Position numbers and translations under genes: made by a program
The notes under the pieces: generated by a model
Told to the model about the DNA's origin: nothing
What the model saw: the letters and a program-made list of their open reading frames with translations, nothing else
Databases searched by the model: none
IMG/VR virus record: IMGVR_UViG_3300032163_000019
Span: 1 to 52,003 of that record
DNA length: 52,003 bases
Source: a virus
Lineage: Duplodnaviria > Caudoviricetes
Strand: one strand, 5' to 3'
Shown: one piece after another, positions 18,764 through 28,075 of the stretch
Layout: every line of letters begins with the position of its first letter
Position numbering within the stretch: the first letter of the stretch is position 1

Positions 18764-19708
18764 GTGTTAACCAGTTACCCGAAGGTTTATAGCCTGGGGC
18801 ATCGTTACATCGCGCAAATTATGGAGGGCGACGTTACGGTTGAGGAGAAAATCGACGGCTCCCAAATTAGTTTTGGCCGCGACGCCGACGGCGCATTAAC
18901 GGCGAGATCGAAGGGACAACAACTTTTTTTTACCGGCGTAACTGGAATGTTTACGCTGGGGCTGGAGCAAATATACGCGCGGAAAGATTTGTTACCGCTC
19001 GGTGTGACTTACCGCGGGGAATATTTGCAGAAACCAAAACACAATACGATAGCGTATAGCCGCATCCCAAAAGATCACATCATCATATATGATATTGAGG
19101 ACGCTTACGGAAACCCCGTAAGCCGCGCGCAAAAAGAAGACATGGCGCATGATATCGGGTTTGAGGTTGTCCCAGGTTTTGTTACGCCCGGTTGGAGCAA
19201 AGGTAGTTTTGAGGCGTTACTAAAAACGACGTCTATCTTGGGAGGTGAAACGATTGAGGGAGTCGTAATAAAAAACTATATGCAGTGTACTGACGATAAA
19301 AAATACATGGTGGGGAAATACGTCAACGACATATTTAAAGAACGACATGGTAAAGAATGGAAAGTGGGCAACCCCAGCGGCAAGGATTTTATCCAGCGCA
19401 TTGGCGATGATTTAAAAACGGATGCGCGATATCAAAAGGCCAAGCAGGCGCTTATAAATGCGGGTACGTGTACCCATAGTCCCGCGGATATCGGGGATTT
19501 TTTGAAAATGCTTCACGCGGATATCGACGCGGAAGACGCGGACGATATAGCCGCGGCGTTAACCGCTCATTTTCTCCCCCAAATAAAACGGCATGTTTGC
19601 AGGGGCGCCGCGGAATGGTATAAACAATCGGTGCGGGTGGAGGTATTTCCGGAGGGCACGGTTGATGATACGTTGATAACAAATAAACAAAAGGAGAGCG
19701 GACAATGA
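18764..19708 (+). CDS. RNA ligase (Rnl2-like nucleotidyltransferase)
   Basis: EEKIDGS motif I, RGEY, YDI, EGVVIK and KYV motifs. Confidence 0.8.
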   Translation: MLTSYPKVYSLGHRYIAQIMEGDVTVEEKIDGSQISFGRDADGALTARSKGQQLFFTGVTGMFTLGLEQIYARKDLLPLGVTYRGEYLQKPKHNTIAYSRIPKDHIIIYDIEDAYGNPVSRAQKEDMAHDIGFEVVPGFVTPGWSKGSFEALLKTTSILGGETIEGVVIKNYMQCTDDKKYMVGKYVNDIFKERHGKEWKVGNPSGKDFIQRIGDDLKTDARYQKAKQALINAGTCTHSPADIGDFLKMLHADIDAEDADDIAAALTAHFLPQIKRHVCRGAAEWYKQSVRVEVFPEGTVDDTLITNKQKESGQ

Positions 19709-20679
19709 CGATGGAATTAAAGCCGGCCATTATTTTGGCGGGCAAGTTTTTGGGAAACGAAGACAGTCCTCATGCGGGGTATGGTTATATTAATTTTACC
19801 GGGGAACGCATTGAGGCGATTAACGGGGTCACGGGGATCAGCATCCCATGTGCCACTGAGGTTAAAGCTACTTGCGAAGGGCGGCGACTCGCCGCGTTCG
19901 CAAAAGATTCCGCGACACTCAGTTTGACGCAAAAAGAACACGGAAGCGTTGTGGCGAAAGACGGCAGAATCAGAGTTACGCTTGATACCATTGACAATAT
20001 CGAGCCGCTGGACTTTTCCCCCCGTGCGACGGTTGTCACGATTCCCGATGATGATTGCGAGAAAATAAAAACCGCGTTCGCCTTTATACTACCGCAAGAT
20101 CAGCGCATGTTTACGTCTACCGTATACATTAATGGCGGGTATATATACACGGCGGACGGCGGTTATGCCAGCCGTCAACCGACGACGTTGGACATACCTG
20201 GCGGGTGGATATTGCCGGTTGAGGCGAGCGTTATTTTTTCCGCATTGGGGAATCCGGAATCTATTAGCTATTCCGAAACGTCATTTTTATTTACTTACGC
20301 CAATGGAGTCGTGGCGGAATGCCGCGCGAAAGAAGGCGCGTGGCCGAAAATCGAAGAGGTCTATGCTCAGAGTACTCCGGCATATACCGCGCTTCCGCCA
20401 TCGTTTCAGGCGGACGTTAAACGCATGGTGTCCTCCGCCCCGAAAAGCGGCATAGCGATAATGACGATAGATAAAACGGGTTTGGCCGTTGGCGAAAGCG
20501 TGATCGTTGATGGGTATGATTTTTTGATGACGGAAGCGGTCACTCTCCAGCTAAAATACATGGGGCTTATGGCCCCATATATCGACGGAATTAGTTTTGA
20601 TCGAAGTGGCGACGCCGCGCTCGCTTGCGGCAAACTGGACGGGAGCTTGGATGCGCTCATCATGCCGTGTCGCAAATGA
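19705..20679 (+). CDS. DNA polymerase sliding clamp (beta-subunit-like)
   Basis: 324 aa; IEAING, YTADG, GAWPKIEEV and terminal ALIMPCR match the DnaN pattern. Confidence 0.7.
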   Translation: MTMELKPAIILAGKFLGNEDSPHAGYGYINFTGERIEAINGVTGISIPCATEVKATCEGRRLAAFAKDSATLSLTQKEHGSVVAKDGRIRVTLDTIDNIEPLDFSPRATVVTIPDDDCEKIKTAFAFILPQDQRMFTSTVYINGGYIYTADGGYASRQPTTLDIPGGWILPVEASVIFSALGNPESISYSETSFLFTYANGVVAECRAKEGAWPKIEEVYAQSTPAYTALPPSFQADVKRMVSSAPKSGIAIMTIDKTGLAVGESVIVDGYDFLMTEAVTLQLKYMGLMAPYIDGISFDRSGDAALACGKLDGSLDALIMPCRK

Positions 20680-22970
20680 GCGCTACTAATATATCCTACA
20701 GGGATATCGTGTTGGCGAAACAATTGGCCAATGCGGAGGGCGTTATGCGCGCGCCTTTCGCCTTGGATAACGCCGCGTATCTTGACCCGTTTCAAAAAGC
20801 GATTGTTTTGTGGGCGTTACGGAAAGGGAAAGCCGCGATATTTGCTGATTGCGGATTGGGGAAAACGAGGATGCAGTTGGAATGGGCGGCGCAAATATGT
20901 AAGGCGAGCCCAGGGGGGAAAGCTCTAATCCTCGCGCCATTAGCCGTGACGGATCAAACGGCGAAGGAGGGGGATAGTATAGAGATACCGGTTAACGTTT
21001 GCGATAGGCAAGAGGACGTTATCGTTGGTATAAATATCACTAACTATGAAAGTCTCCATAAATTCGTTCCCGACGAATTTATCGCCGTCGTACTTGACGA
21101 AAGTAGCATTTTGAAATCGTACATGGGAAAGGTAAAACAAAACATATTGAACGTGTTTTTTGACACGCAATATAAACTGGCGTGTACGGCTACTCCCGCT
21201 CCGAACGATCATTTAGAGTTGGGTAATCATGCGCAGTTTTTAAACGTTATGAACTCGAACGAAATGATTGCTCGGTGGTTTTTAAACGATACTAAACACA
21301 CGGGGAATTACCGGCTAAAACAACATGCCACGGAATCGTTTTGGGAATGGGTGGGGACATGGGCGGTTTGTTTGGGGAAACCATCGGATATAGGCGACTA
21401 TGACGATTCTAAATTTCGTCTCCCCGCGCTGAAAATTAACGAGATCGTTATCGACGTTGACCAGACGGAAAAAGCCCCGCCTGGGCGGATGTTTCGTACC
21501 GTCGATATGTCCGCGACGTCTATCCATACGGAATTGCGTTTGACGGCGGAAGCCCGCGCAAAAAAGGCCGCCGAAATTGTAAACGCTAAAGATGATTATT
21601 TCATTGTTTGGTGTAACACAAACTACGAAGCTGATCTACTTAAAAAATATATTCTGCGGGCGGTTGAGGTACGCGGCTCTGAACCGTCGGACATCAAGAA
21701 GCGAAAGCTAGCGGAGTACGGCGATGCGAAGCATAAAATAATTATTACCAAACCGAGTATCGCCGGGTTTGGGTTGAACTGGCAACATTGCAATAACGTC
21801 GTTTTTGTGGGGTTATCGTATAGTTTTGAGAATTTGTACCAGGCGCTACGCCGATCATACAGGTTTGGCCAAACAGAAACCGTCAACGCTTACGTCATTT
21901 CCGCGTCCACGGAGTTAGACATCAGGGAGTCGATCTGGCGTAAAATGAACCAGCATGACATTATGAGGGAGAACATGGTTATGTCCACGAAGAGTTTTGG
22001 GAATGAAGACGCAAAAAAAGCATTAACGGGATTTACGCACAAGACGGTTACGGGAGATCGCTGGGAAATGCGGCTTGGCGACTGCGTGGAAGTTATGAAC
22101 GGTATGAAAGATAGTACCGTGGACTTCTCCATTTTTTCGCCGCCATTCGCCAACCTATATATTTATTCCGACTCCATGTATGATATGGGTAATTGTAGCG
22201 GAGACGCGGAATTTTTTAATCAGTTTGGGTTTGCCGCGAAAGAACTATATCGCCTTATGCGGCCAGGGAGACTTTGCGCGGTACATTGCAAAGACTTGGT
22301 TGATTACCGAGGGCGTGACGGACGCGCCGGGTTGCGCGATTTTCCCGGTAAAATTATCAGTACGTTCGAGGAACACGGCTGGAAATATCATAGTCGTGTT
22401 ACCATTTGGAAAGATCCGGTGGTGGAAATGCAACGGACCAAAGCGCACGGATTGCTCCATAGGCAGGTATGCGCGGATTCGACTTTTTCTCGGCAAGGCC
22501 TCCCCGATTATTTGCTCATTTTCCGCAAATGGGAAGAATCGGAAAATATAATACCCGTTAATGGCGGTGACGCCGCCCATAGATTTGAATCGTATATCGG
22601 GGAAAACGCTCCGCGAAGTATCGAAGCCGGGAACGATAAACGGACGCATTCTATCGATGTCTGGCAACGGTACGCTTCCCCCGTGTGGTTTGATATCAAC
22701 CAGATGAACGTTTTAAATATCGTCGCGGGGCGGGAATCACGCGATGAAAAACACATCTGCCCATTACAGCTTGACGTAATTAAACGCGCCGTCCACCTAT
22801 GGTCAAACCCCGGTGATACCGTCTTCAGTCCGTTCGCCGGAATCGGAAGCGAAGGCGTTCCCTCGCTGGAAATGGGGCGGAAATTTATCGGGGTAGAGTT
22901 AAAGGAATCTTACTTTGACGCCGCGTGTAAACATTTGTACGCGGCTACAATGCAACCTAAACTCATTTAA
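20676..22970 (+). CDS. SF2 helicase fused to an N4/N6 DNA methyltransferase
   Basis: DCGLGKT, LDESS and RRSYRFGQ, followed by GDC, FSPPF, HICPLQ and PFAGIGSE. Confidence 0.9.
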   Translation: MSATNISYRDIVLAKQLANAEGVMRAPFALDNAAYLDPFQKAIVLWALRKGKAAIFADCGLGKTRMQLEWAAQICKASPGGKALILAPLAVTDQTAKEGDSIEIPVNVCDRQEDVIVGINITNYESLHKFVPDEFIAVVLDESSILKSYMGKVKQNILNVFFDTQYKLACTATPAPNDHLELGNHAQFLNVMNSNEMIARWFLNDTKHTGNYRLKQHATESFWEWVGTWAVCLGKPSDIGDYDDSKFRLPALKINEIVIDVDQTEKAPPGRMFRTVDMSATSIHTELRLTAEARAKKAAEIVNAKDDYFIVWCNTNYEADLLKKYILRAVEVRGSEPSDIKKRKLAEYGDAKHKIIITKPSIAGFGLNWQHCNNVVFVGLSYSFENLYQALRRSYRFGQTETVNAYVISASTELDIRESIWRKMNQHDIMRENMVMSTKSFGNEDAKKALTGFTHKTVTGDRWEMRLGDCVEVMNGMKDSTVDFSIFSPPFANLYIYSDSMYDMGNCSGDAEFFNQFGFAAKELYRLMRPGRLCAVHCKDLVDYRGRDGRAGLRDFPGKIISTFEEHGWKYHSRVTIWKDPVVEMQRTKAHGLLHRQVCADSTFSRQGLPDYLLIFRKWEESENIIPVNGGDAAHRFESYIGENAPRSIEAGNDKRTHSIDVWQRYASPVWFDINQMNVLNIVAGRESRDEKHICPLQLDVIKRAVHLWSNPGDTVFSPFAGIGSEGVPSLEMGRKFIGVELKESYFDAACKHLYAATMQPKLI

Positions 22971-22981
22971 GGAGGGATATC

Positions 22982-23128
22982 GTGGGATTGGATTTACGCG
23001 CGCTATGGACAGATGACGGTGAAACGTATCGAGCGGCGAAAGCTTTGCTTGAAGAAACAGCGGCGGCGCTCGAACCAAAGAAAAACCGTGATGACGATGA
23101 TGACGATGACGATGACGATGCAAACTAA
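22982..23128 (+). CDS. 48-aa protein with a poly-Asp tail (not in the ORF track)
   Basis: AAGGAGG RBS and GTG start; MGLDLRALW...KKNRDDDDDDDDDDAN. Confidence 0.65.
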   Translation: MGLDLRALWTDDGETYRAAKALLEETAAALEPKKNRDDDDDDDDDDAN

Positions 23129-23396
23129 AAAACACAGCGCATACGAGGCTTGCGCAAATACCGCTATAGGGTTTGGCGTATCATGGGCGTTGACCTTTTA
23201 TGTGTTGCCATACTATTTAGGCGTGAGCGCCACGAAACGCACGGCTACCATGATAGTGATAATTTATACTATCGCATCGATAGTCCGTTCGTATTTAATC
23301 CGGCGCGCATTTAACTATGTGAACGGCCCGGCGGAATCCGGGAGTAATAAAAATCAGGAGGAAAAAGATGAACGCAGAAAAAACGAACTCTGCTGA
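23118..23396 (+). CDS. Small phage membrane protein (MQTKKHSAYEACANTAIGF...IRRAFN type); C-terminus reads through the cassette leader
   Basis: Two hydrophobic segments; this type usually accompanies phage methyltransferases. Confidence 0.7.
   Translation: MQTKKHSAYEACANTAIGFGVSWALTFYVLPYYLGVSATKRTATMIVIIYTIASIVRSYLIRRAFNYVNGPAESGSNKNQEEKDERRKNELC
23324..23367 (+). repeat. Cassette leader element, displaced copy
   Basis: CGGCCCGGCGGAATCCGGGAGTAATAAAAAT-CAGGAGG matches the copies at 32.3-35.9 kb. Confidence 0.9.
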
Positions 23397-24174
23397 ATTT
23401 GATTTCGGCGACGGGAAGGGTCAAGTCCCGGCCCACAAACACACTAATGGCGGAGGCTGGGTGGCCGATACCGCGTCCGTGGCCGACTCCGCATACGTCG
23501 GCCCGGATGCGCGGGTATTTGGCCGGGCGCGGATACGCGGGGAGGCCCGCGTGGATGGCCAATCGATAGTGAGCGAAAATGCCCGCGTGGGCGGCCAATC
23601 GATAGTGAGCGGAAATGCGCGGATAAGCGGGGAGGCCCGCGTGTATGGCCAATCGATAGTGAGCGGAAATGCCTGCGTGGATGGCCAATCGATAGTGAGC
23701 GGAAATGCCCGCGTGTATGGCCAATCGATAGTGAGCGGAAATGCTTGCGTGTATGGCCAATCGATAGTGAGCGGAAATGCCTGCGTGTATGGCCAATCGA
23801 TAGTGAGCGAAAATGCCCGCGTGGGCGGCCAATCGATAGTGAGCGAAAATGCACGGATAAGCGGGGCGGCCCGCGTGGGCGGCCAATCGATAGTGGGGGG
23901 AAATGCGTGGGTGGGCGGAAATGCGCGGATAAGCGGTAATGAAAATAAGGAGGAAACGTTGAACAAGAGAAAAAACATGAAAGAGGATAAAGAAGAGACG
24001 AAGGAATACATAACAGGGATAGAGGTGTTGTTGATAGCATGGCAAAACGCCAAAAAAGCAAGAGTAATGGCGCAAAATGCTCTAATCACCGCGGAAGCGG
24101 CCGCAAAAAAAGCATTTTGGCATGAGGTGGAGGCGGAAGGAAAGTGGAGGCGGGCAAACAACGATGCGGAGTGA
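23368..24174 (+). CDS. Hexapeptide-repeat (left-handed beta-helix) protein, paralog 1, fused to an Ala/Trp helical protein
   Basis: EFDFGDGKGQVPAHKHTNGGGWVADTA head and NARVYG/QSIVSG repeats; internal RBS AAGGAGG at 23947 before in-frame TTG 23959 and ATG 23977. Confidence 0.85.
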   Translation: MNAEKTNSAEFDFGDGKGQVPAHKHTNGGGWVADTASVADSAYVGPDARVFGRARIRGEARVDGQSIVSENARVGGQSIVSGNARISGEARVYGQSIVSGNACVDGQSIVSGNARVYGQSIVSGNACVYGQSIVSGNACVYGQSIVSENARVGGQSIVSENARISGAARVGGQSIVGGNAWVGGNARISGNENKEETLNKRKNMKEDKEETKEYITGIEVLLIAWQNAKKARVMAQNALITAEAAAKKAFWHEVEAEGKWRRANNDAE

Positions 24175-24188
24175 AGGGGTATATTTTA

Positions 24189-24959
24189 ATGAAAACAATT
24201 CAAAGAGAGGCGGCTACTATGAGTATATTCCACCTATTACATATTAGCGATTTACACGGCGTTAACCCGTTCCCGTTGGCGCAACCGCAGTGGGTACAGC
24301 ATACTATTATTACGGGGGATATGGCGGACAACGGCGATTTATCCGAATATGAAACGATAGCGCTTTGGTATAACGCGCAACCCGCGGGGTCTGTTTCGAT
24401 CCTCCCCGGCAACCATGATGTTTGTAAGGGCGGTAATATTTATGATGATAGATGCGTCATGCGATGGAAAAAAACGTTTGGCGATGATTTTTTTATGGGG
24501 AAGAAAATGCCGCTCACGAAAGGACTAAAAGACGAAGTATTATCACATGGCGGCTATCCCATACACATAGTACAACTAAATAGCGTAGCGATGACCGTAT
24601 CGCCGTTTGATTTTGCGCAGGGGGAAATTGGGACCGCTCAATTAAACGCCTTGGACGTCGCGTTGACTATGGCGCAAGACGCGGGGGCCTATATCATTTT
24701 AGCGCTACATCACCACCCGTTTATACACGGAGAGACAACTATGAGACTCATTGATAGTAGCAAGCTACTATCAATCGTCCACGGCCGCGTGAATTTAATG
24801 CTGTTTGGCCATCAACACATCGCGGATCATTGGGTTAATCGCTGGGGAATACCGCATATATTGGCGGCTCCCGGATTTAAAGACGAACGATGGGGATGGC
24901 GAATCGACGTCGATCTCATTAATCGCCGCGTACAAAATATACAGCCGACGTTTGTATGA
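24189..24959 (+). CDS. Calcineurin-like metallophosphoesterase
   Basis: SDLH, TGD, PGNHD, HHHP and GHQH motifs. Confidence 0.9.
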   Translation: MKTIQREAATMSIFHLLHISDLHGVNPFPLAQPQWVQHTIITGDMADNGDLSEYETIALWYNAQPAGSVSILPGNHDVCKGGNIYDDRCVMRWKKTFGDDFFMGKKMPLTKGLKDEVLSHGGYPIHIVQLNSVAMTVSPFDFAQGEIGTAQLNALDVALTMAQDAGAYIILALHHHPFIHGETTMRLIDSSKLLSIVHGRVNLMLFGHQHIADHWVNRWGIPHILAAPGFKDERWGWRIDVDLINRRVQNIQPTFV

Positions 24960-25768
24960 CAACGCGCGAAATAACCGAACGATCTAAAACACAATTAAAG
25001 CTACTCGATTTGTTTTCGGGTATCGGCGGATTCAGCCTGGGCATGGAACGCACAGGAGGTTTCCAGACCGTGGCGTTTTGCGAGCAAAGCCCGTTTTGCC
25101 GGGCGGTACTACAAAAGCATTGGCCAACCGTACCCATATATCCCGATATTAAAAACCTTACTTATGATGGACTTAAACGAAATGGTATATCAGCAGTTGA
25201 CATTATTACGGGAGGATTCCCCTGCCAAGACATTTCCCACGCCGGAAAGCAAGCGGGGATTATCCACGGGAAACGCAGTAGTTTATGGAACGAATACCTA
25301 CGCCTCATTGGCGATATACGACCGCAGTTCGCGGTTGTGGAAAATGTCCCAAACTTACTTACCGGAGATCGAGGAAGTTGGTTCGGCCGCCTTTTGGGGG
25401 ACTTGGCCGAAATCGGGTATGATGCGGAATGGCATTGTATATCCGCGTCGCAACTTGGGTATTACCACAAACGCAACCGTATCTGGATTGTGGCCTACCC
25501 CTGCGGCGAGCGACGGCAAAATATATTCACGCAAACTCAAATTAATAAGTTTTTGGAAGCATATAAAAAAGGGTACGCATTGTGCGCCATCCCTCCAATA
25601 CCTCGCATTAATGAGATATACCCCGATGGAATCAGTGGCGATATACGGTTCCATGATGGGGTTTCCGCGCGAGTGGCTCAATTTAAAGCGTTCGGAAACG
25701 CCATCATCCCCGATATCGCCGAACTGCTAGGGCGATTGATAATGAGCACGATTGATAATGCAAAGTAA
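24956..25768 (+). CDS. C5-cytosine DNA methyltransferase, large (alpha) subunit
   Basis: LFSGIGG, GGFPCQ, ENV, HKRNRIW and GNAI motifs. Confidence 0.92.
   Translation: MTTREITERSKTQLKLLDLFSGIGGFSLGMERTGGFQTVAFCEQSPFCRAVLQKHWPTVPIYPDIKNLTYDGLKRNGISAVDIITGGFPCQDISHAGKQAGIIHGKRSSLWNEYLRLIGDIRPQFAVVENVPNLLTGDRGSWFGRLLGDLAEIGYDAEWHCISASQLGYYHKRNRIWIVAYPCGERRQNIFTQTQINKFLEAYKKGYALCAIPPIPRINEIYPDGISGDIRFHDGVSARVAQFKAFGNAIIPDIAELLGRLIMSTIDNAK
25164..25730 (+). CDS. Overlapping alternate-frame small (beta) subunit of the C5 methyltransferase (M.EcoHK31I-like)
   Basis: WPKSGMMRNG, LWPTPAASD and MMGFPREW (motif IX-like) in the +1 frame. Confidence 0.7.
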   Translation: MMDLNEMVYQQLTLLREDSPAKTFPTPESKRGLSTGNAVVYGTNTYASLAIYDRSSRLWKMSQTYLPEIEEVGSAAFWGTWPKSGMMRNGIVYPRRNLGITTNATVSGLWPTPAASDGKIYSRKLKLISFWKHIKKGTHCAPSLQYLALMRYTPMESVAIYGSMMGFPREWLNLKRSETPSSPISPNC

Positions 25769-27644
25769 TATGTTTACGACTCATAACGCCCCCGCATGGG
25801 AGCCTCCGCGTGACTTGCCAAACTTCGCGCAAGCTAAAATAATATCCATCGATACGGAAACGTTTGACCCGTTTATAAAAGAAAAAGGTCCCGGTTATAT
25901 CCGGAAAGACGGGTATTTATTAGGCGTGTCTATCGCCACTGATGACGGATACAAACAGTATTTTCCCATGCGCCACAAACAGGGTAATAATATTGAGCCC
26001 GCGGTTATACGGCGATGGCTAAACGATCAGTTGTCCGGGGATCAACTAAAAGTGGGAGCGAACATCGCATATGACCTGGGGTGGTTACGCTCCGAGGGGG
26101 TTACGCTCCGAGGGCCGTATCATTGTACACACATATGTGAACGCTTGATTGATGAGAATGCCGATTGGCCTTCCCTTGATCGGCTCGCCGGAAAATATTT
26201 AGGGCTATCTAAAAACGATCATATAATTGCGGAATACGTGGCGAACCGGTTTGGCGGTAAAGCGGAACGCGCGAATTACGGATCGAAAATCCATGAGTGT
26301 CCCGCCGAAATTGTGGGGCTGTATGCGGAGGCGGACGCCCAATTACCGATTGATATTTACCGTAAACAAATGGCGGTTATTGAGGCGGACGCCTTGATGA
26401 CCGTGTACAAATTAGAAATGGGATTAATACCGCTAGTGCAGGATATGCAATGGCGTGGCATTCGCGTGGACATGGAAAAAGCCGCCATTACAAAAGTTAC
26501 CACTAAACAAAAGCTGGCGGAGGCTTACGACGTTTTGGAAAAATTAACGTGGCGCGGAATAAGCGCGGGATCGTCCGATGATTTGGCCAAAGTTTTTGCG
26601 GATGCGGGAGTCGCGGTTAAAAAAACGGAAACGGGACGTCCCGAATTTACGCAAGGGTTTTTGAAACGCTTACATCATCCTACCGCTGACGCTATCCTGG
26701 AGTTCAGACGACTCCAGAAATTTGATTCCACGTTCGTTGACGCGATTATTAATTATACCCTTGACGGGAGAATACATACCCAGCTTAATCAGGTAGGAGC
26801 GAAGACTCGCCGGTTTTCGTCCAGTAACCCTAACCTGCAGAATCTGCCGGCGCGTGACGATGAGTTTGGGCCTTTGATCCGTTCAATATTTTTACCGGAG
26901 GACGGAGAACAATTATACTCATTCGATTACTCTCAAATTGAGTATAGATATTTAGTCCACCTGGGGAACGACGCCGCGGCTAAAAAGTTAAAGGCCGATT
27001 ATACGACTAATAGCGCGACTGATATTCACCAGGTAGTGTCGGATATGTTGGGCGTGGATCGGAAACAGGGGAAGAGCTTGAACTTTGGAATCGTTTACGG
27101 CCTGGGTATCGGGGCCCTGGCCAACAGTTTAAACAGATCAGAGGAGGAGGCCCGTCTGTTGAAAGCGGAGTACAACGCCTGCTTCCCCTTTGCCTCCGCC
27201 CTTACGGATAAAGCCAAAGACAGGGTTAATAAAATCGGGTACATAAAAACTTTACTCGGAGGACGAAGGCGGTTTGACGCATGGGAACCGCGTCAATGGG
27301 GTTTACGGAGCGGGTGTACGCCGTTACAAAAGGAAGCCGCCACGGCGAAATGGGGGGACAACATCCAAAGAGCATATGGATACTCGGCGTTAAACGCGGC
27401 TGTACAAGGGAGCGCCGCCGATATTATAAAGCGAGCGATGCTGGACCTTTACACCAGCGGCAACAAAAATATCGCCGTGCCGTTAATGACAATCCATGAC
27501 GAACTATTATATAGTTTTCCGTTGACAGCGCGCGCGGAAAGCGATATAATTACCGTAAAAAATATCATGGAAACATGCGTCCAACTATCATTACCATTAG
27601 TAGTGGACATGGCGACGGGCCATGATTGGGGCACCCTGAAATAA
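25758..27644 (+). CDS. polA: Family A DNA polymerase with 3'-5' exonuclease
   Basis: DTET and ANIAYD exonuclease motifs; RFSSSNPNLQN, DYSQIE, KSLNFGIVYG, QGSAAD and IHDE. Confidence 0.95.
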   Translation: MQSNMFTTHNAPAWEPPRDLPNFAQAKIISIDTETFDPFIKEKGPGYIRKDGYLLGVSIATDDGYKQYFPMRHKQGNNIEPAVIRRWLNDQLSGDQLKVGANIAYDLGWLRSEGVTLRGPYHCTHICERLIDENADWPSLDRLAGKYLGLSKNDHIIAEYVANRFGGKAERANYGSKIHECPAEIVGLYAEADAQLPIDIYRKQMAVIEADALMTVYKLEMGLIPLVQDMQWRGIRVDMEKAAITKVTTKQKLAEAYDVLEKLTWRGISAGSSDDLAKVFADAGVAVKKTETGRPEFTQGFLKRLHHPTADAILEFRRLQKFDSTFVDAIINYTLDGRIHTQLNQVGAKTRRFSSSNPNLQNLPARDDEFGPLIRSIFLPEDGEQLYSFDYSQIEYRYLVHLGNDAAAKKLKADYTTNSATDIHQVVSDMLGVDRKQGKSLNFGIVYGLGIGALANSLNRSEEEARLLKAEYNACFPFASALTDKAKDRVNKIGYIKTLLGGRRRFDAWEPRQWGLRSGCTPLQKEAATAKWGDNIQRAYGYSALNAAVQGSAADIIKRAMLDLYTSGNKNIAVPLMTIHDELLYSFPLTARAESDIITVKNIMETCVQLSLPLVVDMATGHDWGTLK

Positions 27645-27665
27645 TTTATGCAAAGGAGATACACT

Positions 27666-27827
27666 GTGTACAAACAACGTTCCGTGGCCGCGATTGTGTT
27701 AACCACAGTTAACGCGGTTATTGCGGGCATGATACTACTGTTGATCCTCCTGTTAGGGGGACTATTAGCGGGAACAATAATCGCGGCTGTTGTGGCGCCG
27801 ATCGCATACATGATATCGTGGTTTTAG
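27666..27827 (+). CDS. 53-aa membrane protein (not in the ORF track)
   Basis: AAGGAG RBS and GTG start; almost entirely hydrophobic. Confidence 0.65.
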   Translation: MYKQRSVAAIVLTTVNAVIAGMILLLILLLGGLLAGTIIAAVVAPIAYMISWF

Positions 27828-28075
27828 TTCGACGTTGTGGCGATTGCCTTGACTGGCATCGCCAAGCCATCTATATCGACGGGGAAGAGCAGGGTATTTG
27901 TGAGGACACCGAACGTATGGCCCGGTTTACCGCATATACCACGCGGCGCGATAAGTGCGAACGGTTTGTCGCGCGTCCGCTGGCCATGCCGGCGAACAGT
28001 ATGCCGGCGAACAACATGTCGATAAAAAAGAGAAGAGGAAAGGGAAAGGGAAAAGGAAAAGGAAAAGGAAAATGA
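27818..28075 (+). CDS. Small Cys-containing hypothetical protein
   Basis: CxxC...C...C pattern; GK-repeat tail. Confidence 0.55.
   Translation: MVLVRRCGDCLDWHRQAIYIDGEEQGICEDTERMARFTAYTTRRDKCERFVARPLAMPANSMPANNMSIKKRRGKGKGKGKGKGK

Noticed and set aside
23013-23117. N-terminal extension (MTMTMT) of the membrane protein
   Set aside because: Produced by the GATGAC repeat; the RBS-supported gene here is the 22982 acidic ORF.
23540-23935. 36-nt periodic repeats resembling a CRISPR array
   Set aside because: The units are contiguous with no unique spacers and encode in-frame hexapeptide repeats; no cas genes.
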